The position numbers were made by a program, and so were the translations under genes. DNA of 64,000 bases, from positions 64,001 to 128,000 of the IMG/VR virus record IMGVR_UViG_2654587505_000001; one strand, written 5' to 3'. The notes below the pieces were generated by a model. That model ran no database searches. It was given only the letters and a program-made list of their open reading frames with translations, and was not told where the DNA came from. Below, one piece after another: positions 11,201 through 23,973 of this stretch. This DNA comes from a virus (taxonomy: Duplodnaviria > Caudoviricetes). Every line of letters starts with the position of its first letter. The first letter of the stretch is position 1.

Positions 11201-14103
11201 TAACAACAGTATAACAAACCAATGAAAAAGCAATTTTATCTGATAACAGAAGGAGTTAACAAAATGTATGGCGAATGGGTGATGGTTAATTTAATTAATG
11301 AAAAATGGCAAATAACAGACAATTAAAGTAATTTCATAGGGAGTCGATATAAAAATGCTTTACACAGGTGAGAAGGAAATTGAAGAACGTGCTGACGCAT
11401 TCCCGCGACTTTAGTCGTGTGAGGTTCACATGGGTGCTTGGTCTATCGAATTAGCAAATGAAAAGTGATTTCATCATATAACAGAAAAGGAGAAAAATCA
11501 CCATGGTTAAACGTAAAAGATATATGAATGGACTCTATATTGACGGAAAACTTGTAGTATTCACTGGAACTAAATGGGAAGAATTAAGAAAACTTGCAGC
11601 GGAGGAGATTAAAAATGTTTATTAATAGACGATTTATCGAACGAGAATATGTTTTTAATATTGAAAAGAAAAATAATCCATACATATCAGACGAGCAAAT
11701 TAATAACATGCTTGATTCAATGGATTTGGATTGGTGCGACCTCACATTTAAATTTTTTGAACGAAAGAACGGTTGGGATACTGTAATCATTGATAATAAC
11801 ACCAATAACAGAGTGGTAATCGACGAACTGAATGGATTTGCTTTTGATTTTTATATTCGCCAGATTAAGGAATTGTCTATAACACGAGCAAGAAAAGAGA
11901 TACGAGAAAAATTATTTGCAGGAGTTGGAGCATAACAATGAATGAGAATGAGAAAATGGCAAGATTCTTAGAAATGCAGAAACAGCAGCTAGAGACGTTA
12001 TTACAGAACAGCAAAGGGAAGTACGATCAGCGTAAAATTGACATGTTAGAGGTCGAGATTGAAGGTTTGACAGTAAGAATAAGAAGATGGAGAGGTGAGA
12101 TGTGATGAGTACTATTGAATTCGCTGAAAATAGATTGAATGTCAGGTTAACATACCACCAGAAGGAATTATTGACTTTATTGCAAACAAATCCTGATGGA
12201 TGGTATAACAGTTTGTGTATTGAAACTTTGGAAATGAAACAGGTGAGAGAAGTATTTAGCAAGTGGAGAGAAAGTGTGTTAATTGGAGCGTAAAGATTAA
12301 ATTGATGTGAGGTGGAGAAATGTGATTACAATCCCCCAAGGAGTTTCATCATGTTTATACAATGGAATTATGAACAAAATTGAGTGGATTCAAAAACAAA
12401 TTGAATATGATGTAAATAAAAAATATGAATTAAAAAATCATTTGGAGAGAATTTATAAAGATGTAGTCGAAGCCGTTGATTTTTACAATGAGCATTGTAT
12501 CTTATCGGGGAAATATTTAAAAGATGCGTTAGATGAATTGACTTTAAAATATAATGAATATTTAGGATAAAATCGGTAATTCATCGTGAAAAGGAGATAT
12601 TAAAAAATGAATGAGAATACTGTGGGTGCGTTAATCAACTTATTAAAACAATTTAATCCAGATGCAAATATTGTGATTGCTGTAAGGGCAGAAGACGATT
12701 ATCAACCAATCGTAGATGCACAATATAATGAAAATGGAGACGTTGAACTGATATTAGAATAATCCGATAAGATTTCGTATTTGATAAGGAGGATAACTTT
12801 AATGAATAGCGGCAGAATTGATATGTATTTTTGTGTAATTATTATTCAGTTAGCAGTGATAGCAATGATTTTGGCGAATAAATGACCAGTTGATCGGGGA
12901 GTTATGTTGGGATGGAATTGGAATTCGCACTTTATGTATTCATTGGACTAGTTACAATTATGGTCGCTTCAATGGTGTACACGGCAGTATGTTTCTATAG
13001 ATTAAGTAAGAGTATGAAAACAAAAAAATAATATAATTTAGTTTTTTATAGGAAAGGGTGAATTAGTTTTGGATCAGATATTAGAATATCGCATTGTAGT
13101 TGGAAATGACTTGGTGGTGGATTTTTGTTGTGAATGTCCAAGTAAAACGTTTCTAAATACACCTATTGCAGACATCATGAAGACACGCATCTATCTTTAC
13201 GGATATAATGATGACTACTTTTTCAATGTAGTAAACAAGGAATCAAGAGAATTTAAATGTGAATGCGGTAGATGTTATTCTGTGCAATGGACATATGATG
13301 GGGTCAAAGTAGAAAGGCTATGAAACTCGTTTTTTATCGGAAGTTTTATTAAAAGGAGATTGTTAAATATGAATTTCAAACACGGTATAAGCCAATATAG
13401 AATCAACCATGCACGAGATTATGCAAAGTATATTCTAGAGAGCGTTGCAAAAGTTGAATTATTGTTTCACTTATCTCAAGAAGGACATATAGATGAAGTT
13501 AAAGCTGATAACGGAATTAAAAGTATTACCAAAGAAATTGAGCGTAGCACGAAAGAATTGCTTGGTTATTTAGAGTTACGTGATGATATGCGCTAATTCA
13601 CAATTTAACATAATAAAATTAAAAGATAATAAAGCTCGTTTTTCTTCTGAATTGCAGAAAAAATGATAAAATGAGAGGGGTAATATATAAATGAATAAAT
13701 TTCCAAAACAAATTAATAAAGAAGGTGGATGGACGGTATCACCTAAATATCTATAACAAATAAGTAAAGTAATTGCGAAAGTTTAAAAATGATTTACCAT
13801 ACCATGAGCCATCATGAGAGCAAATTAAAATGGTACTACTTGCCATTGAGAGCATCAAGCGGGAGAAGAATCATTATGTTAAAAGAAACTGTTTTTATTG
13901 CTAGAATACAAGATGGTGAGGGCATTATATGGATAGGTGAATTGCAATTTATTGAAAACGGCATAGCAAGAGTTGGATTATTTATGGATAAAGAATCTTG
14001 TGGAATCGATATTTCTGAAAGTGAATTATATAAATATCAAAGAAATGCAATTGATTTTTTAAAGGAATCGGGAATTGACACAAATGAAATAAAGTTTATA
14101 TAA
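8260..14103 (+). other. Array of about 20 small hypothetical ORFs (e.g. 8260-8463, 8541-8789, 9030-9305, 9332-9646, 9671-10012, 10801-11214, 11594-11935, 13069-13323, 13360-13596)
   Basis: Co-oriented short ORFs with RBSs, mostly delimited by the junction site. Confidence 0.75.
11398..11428 (+). mobile_element. Degenerate IS200/IS605 right-end hairpin remnant
   Basis: tcccgcgactttagtcgtgtgaggttca is nearly identical to 25133-25160. Confidence 0.65.
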
Positions 14104-14257
14104 TCCAATAAATTTTGTGTTTCATAGTAGAGGATAAAAGTAACCAATTCTTTGTATAAATAAAGAATAGAGGGATAATCTATATGATTAGATCACCTTG
14201 TTGCTAATCAAGTTACATAAAAACTATTAAAAATAAAATTTAAAGGGAGATAAAGAA

Positions 14258-16300
14258 ATGGAATTCAAACAATTAAAAACGATGCTGCAAGAAAACTTTG
14301 CTCAAATGTCCAAGGATGCTACCCATTTATTTGAAGTCAACTTGGATAAAGATGAATTATGGAATTTGTATCTCGATAGTTTTCCTGAAGGGACAAACCC
14401 ATATTTCCGTGAACGTCGAGAATATGACTGCACCTGCTGTAAACAATTTATTAGAAATATCGGAAATGCGGTTGTAATTAGAAACAATAAAATTAAAACT
14501 GTTTGGGATTTTGAAACAGGTGATACAAAATATCAACCAGTCTTGAATGCTTTGTCTCAATTTGTAAAATCTCATGCTGTTTCCGATGTCTACATTAGCG
14601 AATTCAAAAAAATTGGTACAGACAAGAATTTTGAGCAAGCGGCTGAAAAAGTAAAAGAGTGGAATCACTTTTATCTGGAATTGCCAGATCGATTCGTAAA
14701 CAAAAGTAGTAAATCTGATGCTGAGGTCAAAGGTTCCTTTAGGGACACAAGAAATGTATTTAAACGTTCATTGGATGAGATTACAGAAGAAAGTTTGCTT
14801 ACTGTTTTGGAACTTATCTCTCAAAATTCTCTCTACAAGGGTGAAGAGTGGAAAGGCGCATTGACTGAGTTCCTGAAATACAAAAAAGAGTATAACAAGT
14901 TGAAAGACACAACAGAAAAAGAAAATTATACTTGGGAGCAATCTGTAGGGGTAGGTGGTGCTATCGGAAGAATTAGAAATCATAGCATTGGAACGCTACT
15001 TATCAATCTTAGTGAAGATATGGACTTGGACGAGGCGGTAAGAAAGTATGAAGTTATTGTTGCACCTACCAACTACAAGCGTCCCAAAGCGATTTACACG
15101 AAAAAGATGTTGGAGGATGCCAAGAAGACAATTGAAGAACTTGGATACATGGAATCGTTGAGTAGGAGACATGCAACACTTGACGATATCTCAGTAAATA
15201 ATATCTTGTTCTCAAATAAAGATTCCGCAAAAAGAATTCAGGATGCAGATGATGTTTTCTCTCAAATGAAAAAGGAGGTCGCAGTTAATCCTAAAAACTT
15301 CTCTAAGGTTGAGGAAGTTACAATTGAAACATTTATTTCCAATATTTTACCGACAGCAAAAGAAATTGAAGTTTTGCTTGAGAACAAACATTCAGTAAAC
15401 ATGGTTTCATTAATCGCGCCAGAGAACAAAGATAGTAAAACAATGTTCAAATGGAACAATGGTTTCAGTTGGGCTTATTCTGGAAACATCACGGATAGTT
15501 TCATGAAGGAAAATGTTAAGGCTGCTGGTGGCAAAGTTGATGGTGTGTTGCGCTTCTCTATCCAATGGAATGATAGCGAGTATGATGGTAATGATTTGGA
15601 TGCTCATTGCATCGAACCAAGTGGATATGAAATTTATTATAGTGATAAAATTTCTTATGCTACTGATGGGCGATTGGATGTTGATATTATTAATCCTGTA
15701 AGAAATAAGCCTGCTGTAGAAAACATCACTTGGGACAATAAAGATAAAATGCAAGAAGGAACCTATAAGTTTTTTGTTAATAATTTTAGCAATAGAGGGG
15801 GGAGAAGTGGATTTAGAGCAGAGATTGAGTTTGATGGTCAGATTTACTCTTTTGACTATAGCAAAGAGGTGAGACACAAAGAAAATATTGTTGTTGCAGA
15901 AGTAACACTTAAAAATAGAGAGTTTTCCATCAAAGAAAAACTTCCATATAATGTTTCTTCAAGAGAAGTGTGGAGTTTGAAGACAAATCAATTTGTTCCA
16001 GTTTCGGTTGTTTGTTATTCTCCGAATTATTGGGATGAGCAACAAGGTATTGGTCATCGTCATTACTTCTTCATGCTGAAGGATTGCGTCAATCCAGAAG
16101 CACCAAATGGTTTTTACAATGAATTTTTGAAAGAGGAATTGATGCAACATAAGCGAGTATTTGAAGCGTTAGGATCGAAAATGAAAGTTGCAGACAGTGA
16201 AGATCAGCTTTCTGGTCTTGGATTTAGTTCAACCAAAAGGAATGATTTACTTGTAAAGGTTAAGGGACAGACAGAACGAGTTATTAAAGTGAAGTTTTAA
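14258..16300 (+). CDS. Large phage protein with C-terminal YfaP/DUF2135-like beta domain
   Basis: YDCTCC N-terminal motif; [11 protein letters not shown]...LDVD...VENI. Confidence 0.6.
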   Translation: MEFKQLKTMLQENFAQMSKDATHLFEVNLDKDELWNLYLDSFPEGTNPYFRERREYDCTCCKQFIRNIGNAVVIRNNKIKTVWDFETGDTKYQPVLNALSQFVKSHAVSDVYISEFKKIGTDKNFEQAAEKVKEWNHFYLELPDRFVNKSSKSDAEVKGSFRDTRNVFKRSLDEITEESLLTVLELISQNSLYKGEEWKGALTEFLKYKKEYNKLKDTTEKENYTWEQSVGVGGAIGRIRNHSIGTLLINLSEDMDLDEAVRKYEVIVAPTNYKRPKAIYTKKMLEDAKKTIEELGYMESLSRRHATLDDISVNNILFSNKDSAKRIQDADDVFSQMKKEVAVNPKNFSKVEEVTIETFISNILPTAKEIEVLLENKHSVNMVSLIAPENKDSKTMFKWNNGFSWAYSGNITDSFMKENVKAAGGKVDGVLRFSIQWNDSEYDGNDLDAHCIEPSGYEIYYSDKISYATDGRLDVDIINPVRNKPAVENITWDNKDKMQEGTYKFFVNNFSNRGGRSGFRAEIEFDGQIYSFDYSKEVRHKENIVVAEVTLKNREFSIKEKLPYNVSSREVWSLKTNQFVPVSVVCYSPNYWDEQQGIGHRHYFFMLKDCVNPEAPNGFYNEFLKEELMQHKRVFEALGSKMKVADSEDQLSGLGFSSTKRNDLLVKVKGQTERVIKVKF

Positions 16301-16326
16301 AAAAATAAAGTATATAAAAAGGAGAA

Positions 16327-16713
16327 ATGAAAATGAACATTTTCGAATATGCCGTAAAAAATAAGATCCGTTTCCCGTTTAAGGGTATGATTACTACTGA
16401 AGATCTTTGGGATTTGACAGTAGAACATCTGGATTCGATTTTTAAAACTCTAAATTCCCAATCGAAACAAGCGAAAGAGGAAAGTTTGTTAAACACAAAG
16501 ACAAAAGAAGATAAAGAATTAGATATTAAAATTGAAATTGTGAAGTATATTGTTAATGAAAAATTGGAAGAGCAAAAAGCAAGACTTCAAGCTAAAGAAA
16601 AGAAAGAACAGAAACAAAAAATCATGGAGGTCTTGGCTGCTAAACAAAATGAAGCACTACAAAATAAATCTCCTGAAGAACTGATGAAGATGCTTAAGGA
16701 AATGGGAGAATAA
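16327..16713 (+). CDS. Coiled-coil hypothetical protein, apparent partner of the 680-aa gene
   Basis: RFPFKGMITTEDLWDL; strong RBS; no junction site between the two genes. Confidence 0.75.
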   Translation: MKMNIFEYAVKNKIRFPFKGMITTEDLWDLTVEHLDSIFKTLNSQSKQAKEESLLNTKTKEDKELDIKIEIVKYIVNEKLEEQKARLQAKEKKEQKQKIMEVLAAKQNEALQNKSPEELMKMLKEMGE

Positions 16714-16799
16714 TTTGATGTGGAGAGTTTATGGGGGATGGGAAGTGATTCCCGTTCCCCATGAAACTCGTCTTTCATCAGGAAGGAGTGATTTTGATA

Positions 16800-17669
16800 T
16801 TGACGAGAGAATTGACACCAAACTTAGAGTATCTTGAAAAACTTAGTAACATAATCCAGAAAGACGGATTAAGAGATCCTTGGATTATACAAGATAGATT
16901 AAAGCAATTAAACAGACAAGATGATACTGATGTGGTTGTGTTTGACTCTTATAACGAAAAAGGAAAATGTATTGTTTATTATGGCGTAAAGCCTGATTTG
17001 TCTGTAATTTACGCATATGAATTCAAACTTGGTAAAGTTTTGAAGGAATACAAAATAGAAAACATCTTAGAACTTGATAAATGGAAACAAAATTTTGATT
17101 CAGTTATTCGATATTCTATGATTACTCTAGATGACATTAAGAATGATGTTTTGCAATGGGTTGAGAAATATAAAACTAGGCAAAGTAGAGCATACAAGCA
17201 ATTTATTGACACATTAAAGGTTTATCGCCATTACACCGGACAAATCATTGTGTATTACAAAGAAATGAATGGTGAAAACAAAAAATTAAAACCCATTGTT
17301 CGTAAGTATAAAAGTATATCACTTGATGACTTAATTGAGTTTGGAAAAAAGAAAAGCAAAGAACTGTGGAACAGAGAATTTACATGTAAGGTTGTTTTCG
17401 TCAAGGCTTATTGGAATAGCCAATTAGGAGTGTATTATCCGCACAAAGAGACAATTGCTTTTAGTGAATATATGTGTGCAACAATGACCGAAGATCAAAT
17501 ATATGACACTATGTTGCATGAAATGGTTCATTGGCATTTACATACTTCAGGAAGAAACTATCATGATGAAGATTTTGAATTTATTGAAGAATGTCTAAAA
17601 GTGGGTTGTGGATTATCACAAAGTAACAGCGCAAGAAAGGCTTATATTCAGTATCAGAAAAGTGTATAA
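16800..17669 (+). CDS. SprT-like zinc metalloprotease domain protein
   Basis: C-terminal LGVY...TMLHEMVH...H; likely TTG start after AGGAG. Confidence 0.7.
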   Translation: MTRELTPNLEYLEKLSNIIQKDGLRDPWIIQDRLKQLNRQDDTDVVVFDSYNEKGKCIVYYGVKPDLSVIYAYEFKLGKVLKEYKIENILELDKWKQNFDSVIRYSMITLDDIKNDVLQWVEKYKTRQSRAYKQFIDTLKVYRHYTGQIIVYYKEMNGENKKLKPIVRKYKSISLDDLIEFGKKKSKELWNREFTCKVVFVKAYWNSQLGVYYPHKETIAFSEYMCATMTEDQIYDTMLHEMVHWHLHTSGRNYHDEDFEFIEECLKVGCGLSQSNSARKAYIQYQKSV

Positions 17670-18032
17670 AATTCGTAATTTATTAGGAAAGGGAATTTGT
17701 TATATGGACGTGGGGAAAGGTTGCGTTATTTCTGACAAGTGGATTCCAAAAGGTTTAGATACTAATTTGAGTGATATTAATGGCAATGCACTTAAAACGT
17801 CAGATAAGGTACATTTGAATGGTTGCACATCAAAATATGCTATTATTGGCAAGGGTATGAATGATAAATATATGCTGTACTTTGGTAGCGAACACGGTTC
17901 AGTTGGTTGGTATTTAACAGAAGAGACTATTATTAAACATAAGGTTAAATTAGTGTAGGGCAAATCCAATAAAATCCGCATTTTAATTTAATAACCCACC
18001 ACTCCAAAATTGGAGGGCGGGTTATTAATACA

Positions 18033-18266
18033 CTATATATCATTTTCACCAATAGTGTCAATCCAAGTTACATTTAGTTTTTTAACAACTATGGGTAAAA
18101 TTTCACCACTGGTTGTATGTATGTTTCCCTCAAGGAGATGAATTCTCTTGCTGTTTAATATGTCTGATGTTGTTTGGATTGCTTCTTCATGGTTTGTGCA
18201 TTGAGTTGGATGATAAATAAAGAACTCAACTTTACCCCAGACAGTTACGGTTCCTTCTGTTTTCAT
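18033..18266 (-). CDS. Hypothetical protein with putative SOS promoter; paralog of 29625-29840
   Basis: RBS ggag and terminator at about 17993-18023. Confidence 0.65.
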   Translation of the reverse strand: MKTEGTVTVWGKVEFFIYHPTQCTNHEEAIQTTSDILNSKRIHLLEGNIHTTSGEILPIVVKKLNVTWIDTIGENDI

Positions 18267-18348
18267 GCAATCATCTCCGATTCTTTAAAGTAAAATTTGT
18301 GAGTATTGTAATAACTGACTTTATTTTACCATATTCTCTCTAAAAAAG

Positions 18349-18362
18349 CAAACGCTTGTTCC
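18349..18362 (-). promoter_or_regulatory. Putative LexA (Cheo) box
   Basis: GGAACAAGCGTTTG resembles CGAAC-N4-GTTYG and overlaps a TTGCTT -35; TGGTAAAAT -10 lies downstream. Confidence 0.55.
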
Positions 18363-18402
18363 CTTATTTTTTCTCAAATTTTAAAAAATAATTAAATTTT
18401 TT

Positions 18403-18941
18403 GGCTATTCGTAAAATATAGTAGAATCTTAGATTATAACTTTAACAATTTTATTATAAAATCGTAAAATATAGTGTAATAATCTCCTTGAATTTGTTAT
18501 AATTAGTAGTTTGATAAGAATCATATTGTTCGTTAATTAAAGGATGGTGTATATTGATAAAACTATTATTAGCAACGGTAATAACAATTTTAGGATCAAT
18601 AGCAATTTTGACTTTTGTAAAGCCGTCTAAAAAAGAGTTGGAAGCAGAAGCATTTGAAAATTTTGAAAAAGCAAAAAAAGAATTGTTCGATGCAATTGTT
18701 AAAACGTTTAAATTAGATATTTTTGTCGAATGGTTAAGTGAAAAACTAAAATAATTTAGTTTCATAATTCGAAAGAAAAGATTCCAAAGGAATGAACAAC
18801 TATGTCACTACTACAATTACCAAGTTTTAAGGAAATAGAACTACTACAAGAAAATGATACAGATATGCTATTTAAGGTGGAGCTTAGTTCTCCACCTAAA
18901 CGCTGTAAAAATTGCGGATTTAACAATCTTTACGAATACCC
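18403..18941. mobile_element. Internally deleted ISL3-family element with passenger ORF 18554-18754 and a transposase N-terminal remnant from 18802
   Basis: IRs ggctattcgtaaa / tttacgaataccc; 8-bp TSD aatttttt (18395-18402, 18942-18949); remnant MSLLQLP...RCKNCG..LY. Confidence 0.75.
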
Positions 18942-19048
18942 AATTTTTTTAAAGCAATATAATGAAAATAAAATATAAAAAATCAATTATTATTATTGAC
19001 TTTATAGATATAAAGTAGTAAAATTAAGGTAATACAAAGGAGGAAAAA

Positions 19049-19279
19049 ATGATGTTTGATTTTATTGTTGATAATAAAAAAGATAGAATGCACTGGAAAT
19101 TCCGCAGAATGGCTTTAGGAATAACACAAACTGAAATTGCTAAACATCTTGGATACGAAAAATACAATATTATTTCAATGTATGAAAATAATAAGAAGCA
19201 CTCAATGTCGGAAGATAAAATTGAAAAATATAAGCAATATATTATCGAAAAAGAAAAGGAAAAGAATTGTACTGGATGA
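19049..19279 (+). CDS. XRE-family HTH regulator
   Basis: RRMALGITQTEIAKHLG...ISMYEN; TTGACT-17-TAAAAT promoter at 18996-19024. Confidence 0.8.
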   Translation: MMFDFIVDNKKDRMHWKFRRMALGITQTEIAKHLGYEKYNIISMYENNKKHSMSEDKIEKYKQYIIEKEKEKNCTG

Positions 19280-19420
19280 TCTTGAATGTGGTAAAATTAA
19301 TATAAAAATATTCAGGTTTACGTGAAAAGGAAATAGTTAGAGATTAGTCTGTATGTTGTTGAACAACTTAAGAACACATTGAAAACTAAATAAAATTTCG
19401 TATTTTATAAGGAGGATAAC

Positions 19421-22400
19421 GTGAAGATTGAAGTAGGGGATATAATTTACGCACATAATAAACGCTTATTGGTGGTTCATGATCCATTTGAAAGTGAAAC
19501 AAATGAATATCCGTTCTTGCTAATTGACTTGGATAAATTCGAAGTTAACAACGGATGGTCTACACTGGATTCGATGGGGAAATCATTTAAAATTGATCGA
19601 GTTCTAAATACTTATGAGGTTGTACTAGCCAAATAAAATTTGATTTTATAGGGAAGGAAGAGAAAAGAATGGAATTATGGATCAACTGTATCTATGTTCA
19701 TAAAAGTGAGGAAGGTAAGTGGGCAGCAACACTTATTTGGGACTCAATACAAAAAGTTGAATCCAGAAAAGAGCAAGGATATGTACGTGGGGATTTTAAA
19801 GGAGAAATCCAAACTCAGTATTTTGAAGATACATTAACAAAAGCAGTAGATATGGTTTTGGAAGTTGCAAAATACATGAATATAACAGAAGAAGTAATAT
19901 CTAAACCGAAAATTTATTATACAGAAGATGATGAATTGCTGAGTAATTTTCCTTGTTCAGATGATGATAAACGAGAAATCGAACAAGAAAATATTAAACG
20001 AGGTTGGATACGATAAAACACGGAATTTATTGGAAGATTTGAGGTGCGATATTCGTGAAACCGGAATCCATGATAGGGAAACTTGTTGAAATAACCGATG
20101 AAGATTCTGGATGGGCAGGAAATTGGGGATTTATCAGAGCTTGGGACGGTCAAGTATTTCATGTTTCTGGTGGATCAATTCCTGAATCACAACACCCAAT
20201 ATTCGATAGAGACCAATTTAAAGTCCCAAGAAAATTGGACGCATATTTTAAAAAGGGTTGGCTTAAACTCGATGTCAATATCACATCTGATGGACGAGAG
20301 ATAAGGAAGTAAAGGAGGGTTTTAATTGAGAATTGGATACGGAATGGATGAAGATGAAATTGTAGTACATACCAGAGAAAGATTCTTACATGAAGTGGCG
20401 AGGATAGTAAAGAAAAAAACTCTTGTAAATACAGTCAAAAAGAGTTGCGAGGCATATCAGAAGGGAATATGTTCAGAATGCATTGAAGATGTGGAAAAAG
20501 GCAAAGATGAATTATCTTATGGTTGTTTAGCGGCTTGGAAATTAACAATAGGTAAGGGTAGAAAAATCATTTGATTGATGAGGTGAAAAAGTGAAGGTTT
20601 ATATTGTAACGTACTGTTCTCCATATGCGGAATATAACAATCAGATTTCGATTAGAAAAGCATTTACATCTGAATCTGCTGCGAAACAATACATTGAAAA
20701 AGAAAAGGAATATGACATAAAGCAAGCCGGGAACAATTGGATTGGAAATTATGATATCGAAGAAATTGAACTGGAAGATGGCGAATAAAACACATTGAAG
20801 GTGAATTGTAAATTGGAATATACACTCACAAGAAATGGAAATAGGAATGTAATATTGATTAGACTTGGTAATGATGAAAAATTAGACGAATCTATTCAAG
20901 CAACATTAAATGAAATTAATGATAATACTGGAACTTATCGCATGTATGTTACAAAAAAAGTAAGAAACGAGGAAAGAAATTATAACTATAACGTGGCTTA
21001 TGGGTATTACAGAAGGGATGATTCTAAAAAAGGATGGACACATAAAAGTGGTAAAGAGATAACACTTGATGAATTTATTAAAATCAGAAATGAAAAGCAG
21101 ATAAAAAACTGATTTTGAGAGGAGAAGTGAATTATGCATGATTTGAAAGAGACTATTTCAAGATATGAATCAACACTCGTTCGAAAGAAGAATTTAGTAA
21201 AACCATTTCATTTTAGAAAGAGTAAAGGTGAAGATCTAGACATAAGTGAACATACAAGAATGCTGATACTGGAAGCTGAAATTCAACAGTTAGATGAGAT
21301 AATCGAAGATTTGAAATATATAGTAAGTCGATAAAAGGATTAATTTTATCGGAAGGGAAGGTGATTTGAAATGAAATTGTTTCAAGTACAAATTTGTTGC
21401 AGTTACGACGAAGATAGCGTGGATTCTAGACTAATCGTAGCAGAAGACAAAGAGTCAGCAGAAAATAAAATGAAAGAAATTTATGATGACTTTATGAGAT
21501 ATTTTCAGTGGGTAAACGCTGTAGAAATCAATGAAGTCGATGGTTGGAAGATTACAATAAGCCGATAAAAGAGTTGTTTGATCCTATTTAAGTGGGTGGA
21601 TAGAGTTGCACAAATTGAAAGATATCATTCAGATGAGCGAAGAAGAAATTATTGATTACCATGATAAACATATGATTAATTATTCTTATGGTGGAGATTT
21701 CTTCGTAAATGAGTTTTATCGAAGGCAGCAAGAAAAATCTACAAAAGCAATTGAAGATATGACGAAGAAAATGCTCGACTACACAAAAATTATGACGGTG
21801 CTTACAGTTGTTAATGTAATTTTGGTGGTAGTTACAATGTTTAAATAAAACCTGAATTTCATATGAAATGGAGGTTATTAAATGTTAAAGGATTTGGATA
21901 TTGAAGAAATTCAAGTTTTCTTTCGTGACTTGCTTTCAAAAGATACTGGAAAATTTCAATTAGCACAAATTTATGGAATGGCAAAAGCATGGCAAGAACA
22001 GAGAGAAAGAGAAGAATTAATAGAAAAACAGATCGAAAGAAGAACTCGTAGAATTATTAAAACAATAATAATTTCGGATGATTTAGCAATTGTTGAAGCA
22101 GAAGTTACAATCAATAATTCAAAAGAAATATCGTATTACCCTGTTGTTAATGGTAAATTTCATAGCGAATCAAGAATGACTTTTGACGAAGCATTACTTC
22201 TTGGTTTTTGTAGAAAATATAATAATGAACGTTTTGATTTGGCAATTTATAATATGCTGAGAATGGATTTGAAACAACGGGAGAATTTCAATAAAAACTG
22301 ACTTTTTACGGAAAATTAGAAGGAGGAAGAAGAGTGCTTAAAAAAGGTGATTGTGTGTGTTTAACTACAGATAATCCACATGGAGGACATCTCCTCAAAG

Positions 22401-23412
22401 GTGACAAAGGAATTGTCAGGGCGGTCATAATGAAGAGGTAGCAGTGGAATTTCCTTTTGAGTTTCATGATAGCCATGATTGCGATGGTTATGTTAAAAGC
22501 GACAATGGGTGGTACATAAATGTAAAACATCTTCACAAAATCGGATGAAAGTTCATTTTCATGGGAAGTTCGGGAGGGGGTTTGTCAATGAGACAGGTGG
22601 AATTGAATAAAGCAGCACGAAAGATTGCAAAAGCCAATACAGCGCTATGGGAAGCAATCGGATTAATTAACGAAGCACTTTCCGATGAAACGATTACAAA
22701 GGTACTGGAGGCGTCTAATGATGAAGACATGACATCAATCGAGAAGCTTGCTCTAGCATATGAAAAAATCAATAAAAAGTATGATGGATTTATCAATGCT
22801 AGTATGCATGGTCGCGATTTAGATGAATTTGACGAATTAACTAGCAGAATTTCAGAAATAATTGAAGGGTAATAAAGTTCACTTTCATTAGGAGAAGGAG
22901 GGGTTTTGAAATGAAGACATTTGAAATGAGATTAATTGATAAAAACACTGGTGAAGAAATAGCAAAACAGACGTTTACAAATTCAGAAGGTACAAATATT
23001 AAATCAGGTAACGAACAAAAACTTCCCATGATTTTTGAGATTCGCGGTGACTTTACCATTTACAAAGAGTTTAATGTGGGTAAACCTATTCGTTTTAAAG
23101 CAGATGGAATCGATGAAGAAGTAAAGTTGATTGATATGACAAATGAGATGATCACCATTGAGACATCTTTTGAGGTCGGTAAAAAATTACTTCAAAAGTA
23201 CATTTAAAATTAAAATAAAAAAATCCATTTCATAAGAAGAGGTGAAAAGTATGAATGACTTTAAACAGTATTATATTGATAGAATTATTAATTGCGCTAT
23301 TGAAAACAAGCTGTATGAATATACGATTGAAAAGCTAGAGTGGAAAACGGAGAATGAGTTGATTGCAATTTGGGATAACCTAAGATGGAATTATGGGGAT
23401 TTGACTAAGTTA
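19421..23412 (+). other. Array of about 14 small hypothetical ORFs (19421-19636, 19669-20016, 20055-20312, 20326-20574, 20591-20788, 20795-21112, 21134-21334, 21371-21568, 21606-21848, 21882-22301, 22561-22872, 22911-23207 and others)
   Basis: Co-oriented, with RBSs; junction sites lie between most of them. Confidence 0.75.
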
Positions 23413-23560
23413 AGATAAAAAGTTTCATTTTGATAATTTATTCGCCGCACACTCGTGACTTTAGTCATGAGTAAGGCGAATACATATGTTAAATACAATT
23501 AATCGTTAAACCCCTATAAATATTGACATATGTCAAATACATATATTACATTTATATTGG

Positions 23561-23967
23561 GTGAAAAACGTGGAAATAAAACATGGTAGGGGTTATGTTT
23601 ATTCATTGCAATATCATATTGTATGGTGTGTAAAATATCGAAGAAAAGTGATTGTCGATCAAATAGAAACAAGATTAAGGGAAATGCTAAAAGAAATTGC
23701 AGATTCAAATGGGTTTACGATTATTACTCAAGAGACTATGCCAGATCATATACATTTACTTATCGATTGTTCGCCCCAACATTATATACCAATATAATAA
23801 AAGCACTAAAAGGTAATACAGCAAGATTTTTATTTAAAGAATTCCCTTCCCTTAAATCCAAGTTATGGGGAGGACATTTATGGAACCCATCATATTTTGT
23901 TTCAAGTGTTAGTGATACCACTAAAGAAACAATTGAAAAATATATCAATTCGCAGAAAGAGAGGTGA
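23561..23967 (+). pseudogene. tnpA: HUH Y1 transposase TnpA, frameshifted near 23790
   Basis: YHIVWCVKYRR and PDHIHLL in one frame; KALKG..LWGGHLWNPSYF..YI in another. Confidence 0.85.
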
Positions 23968-23973
23968 GACATC

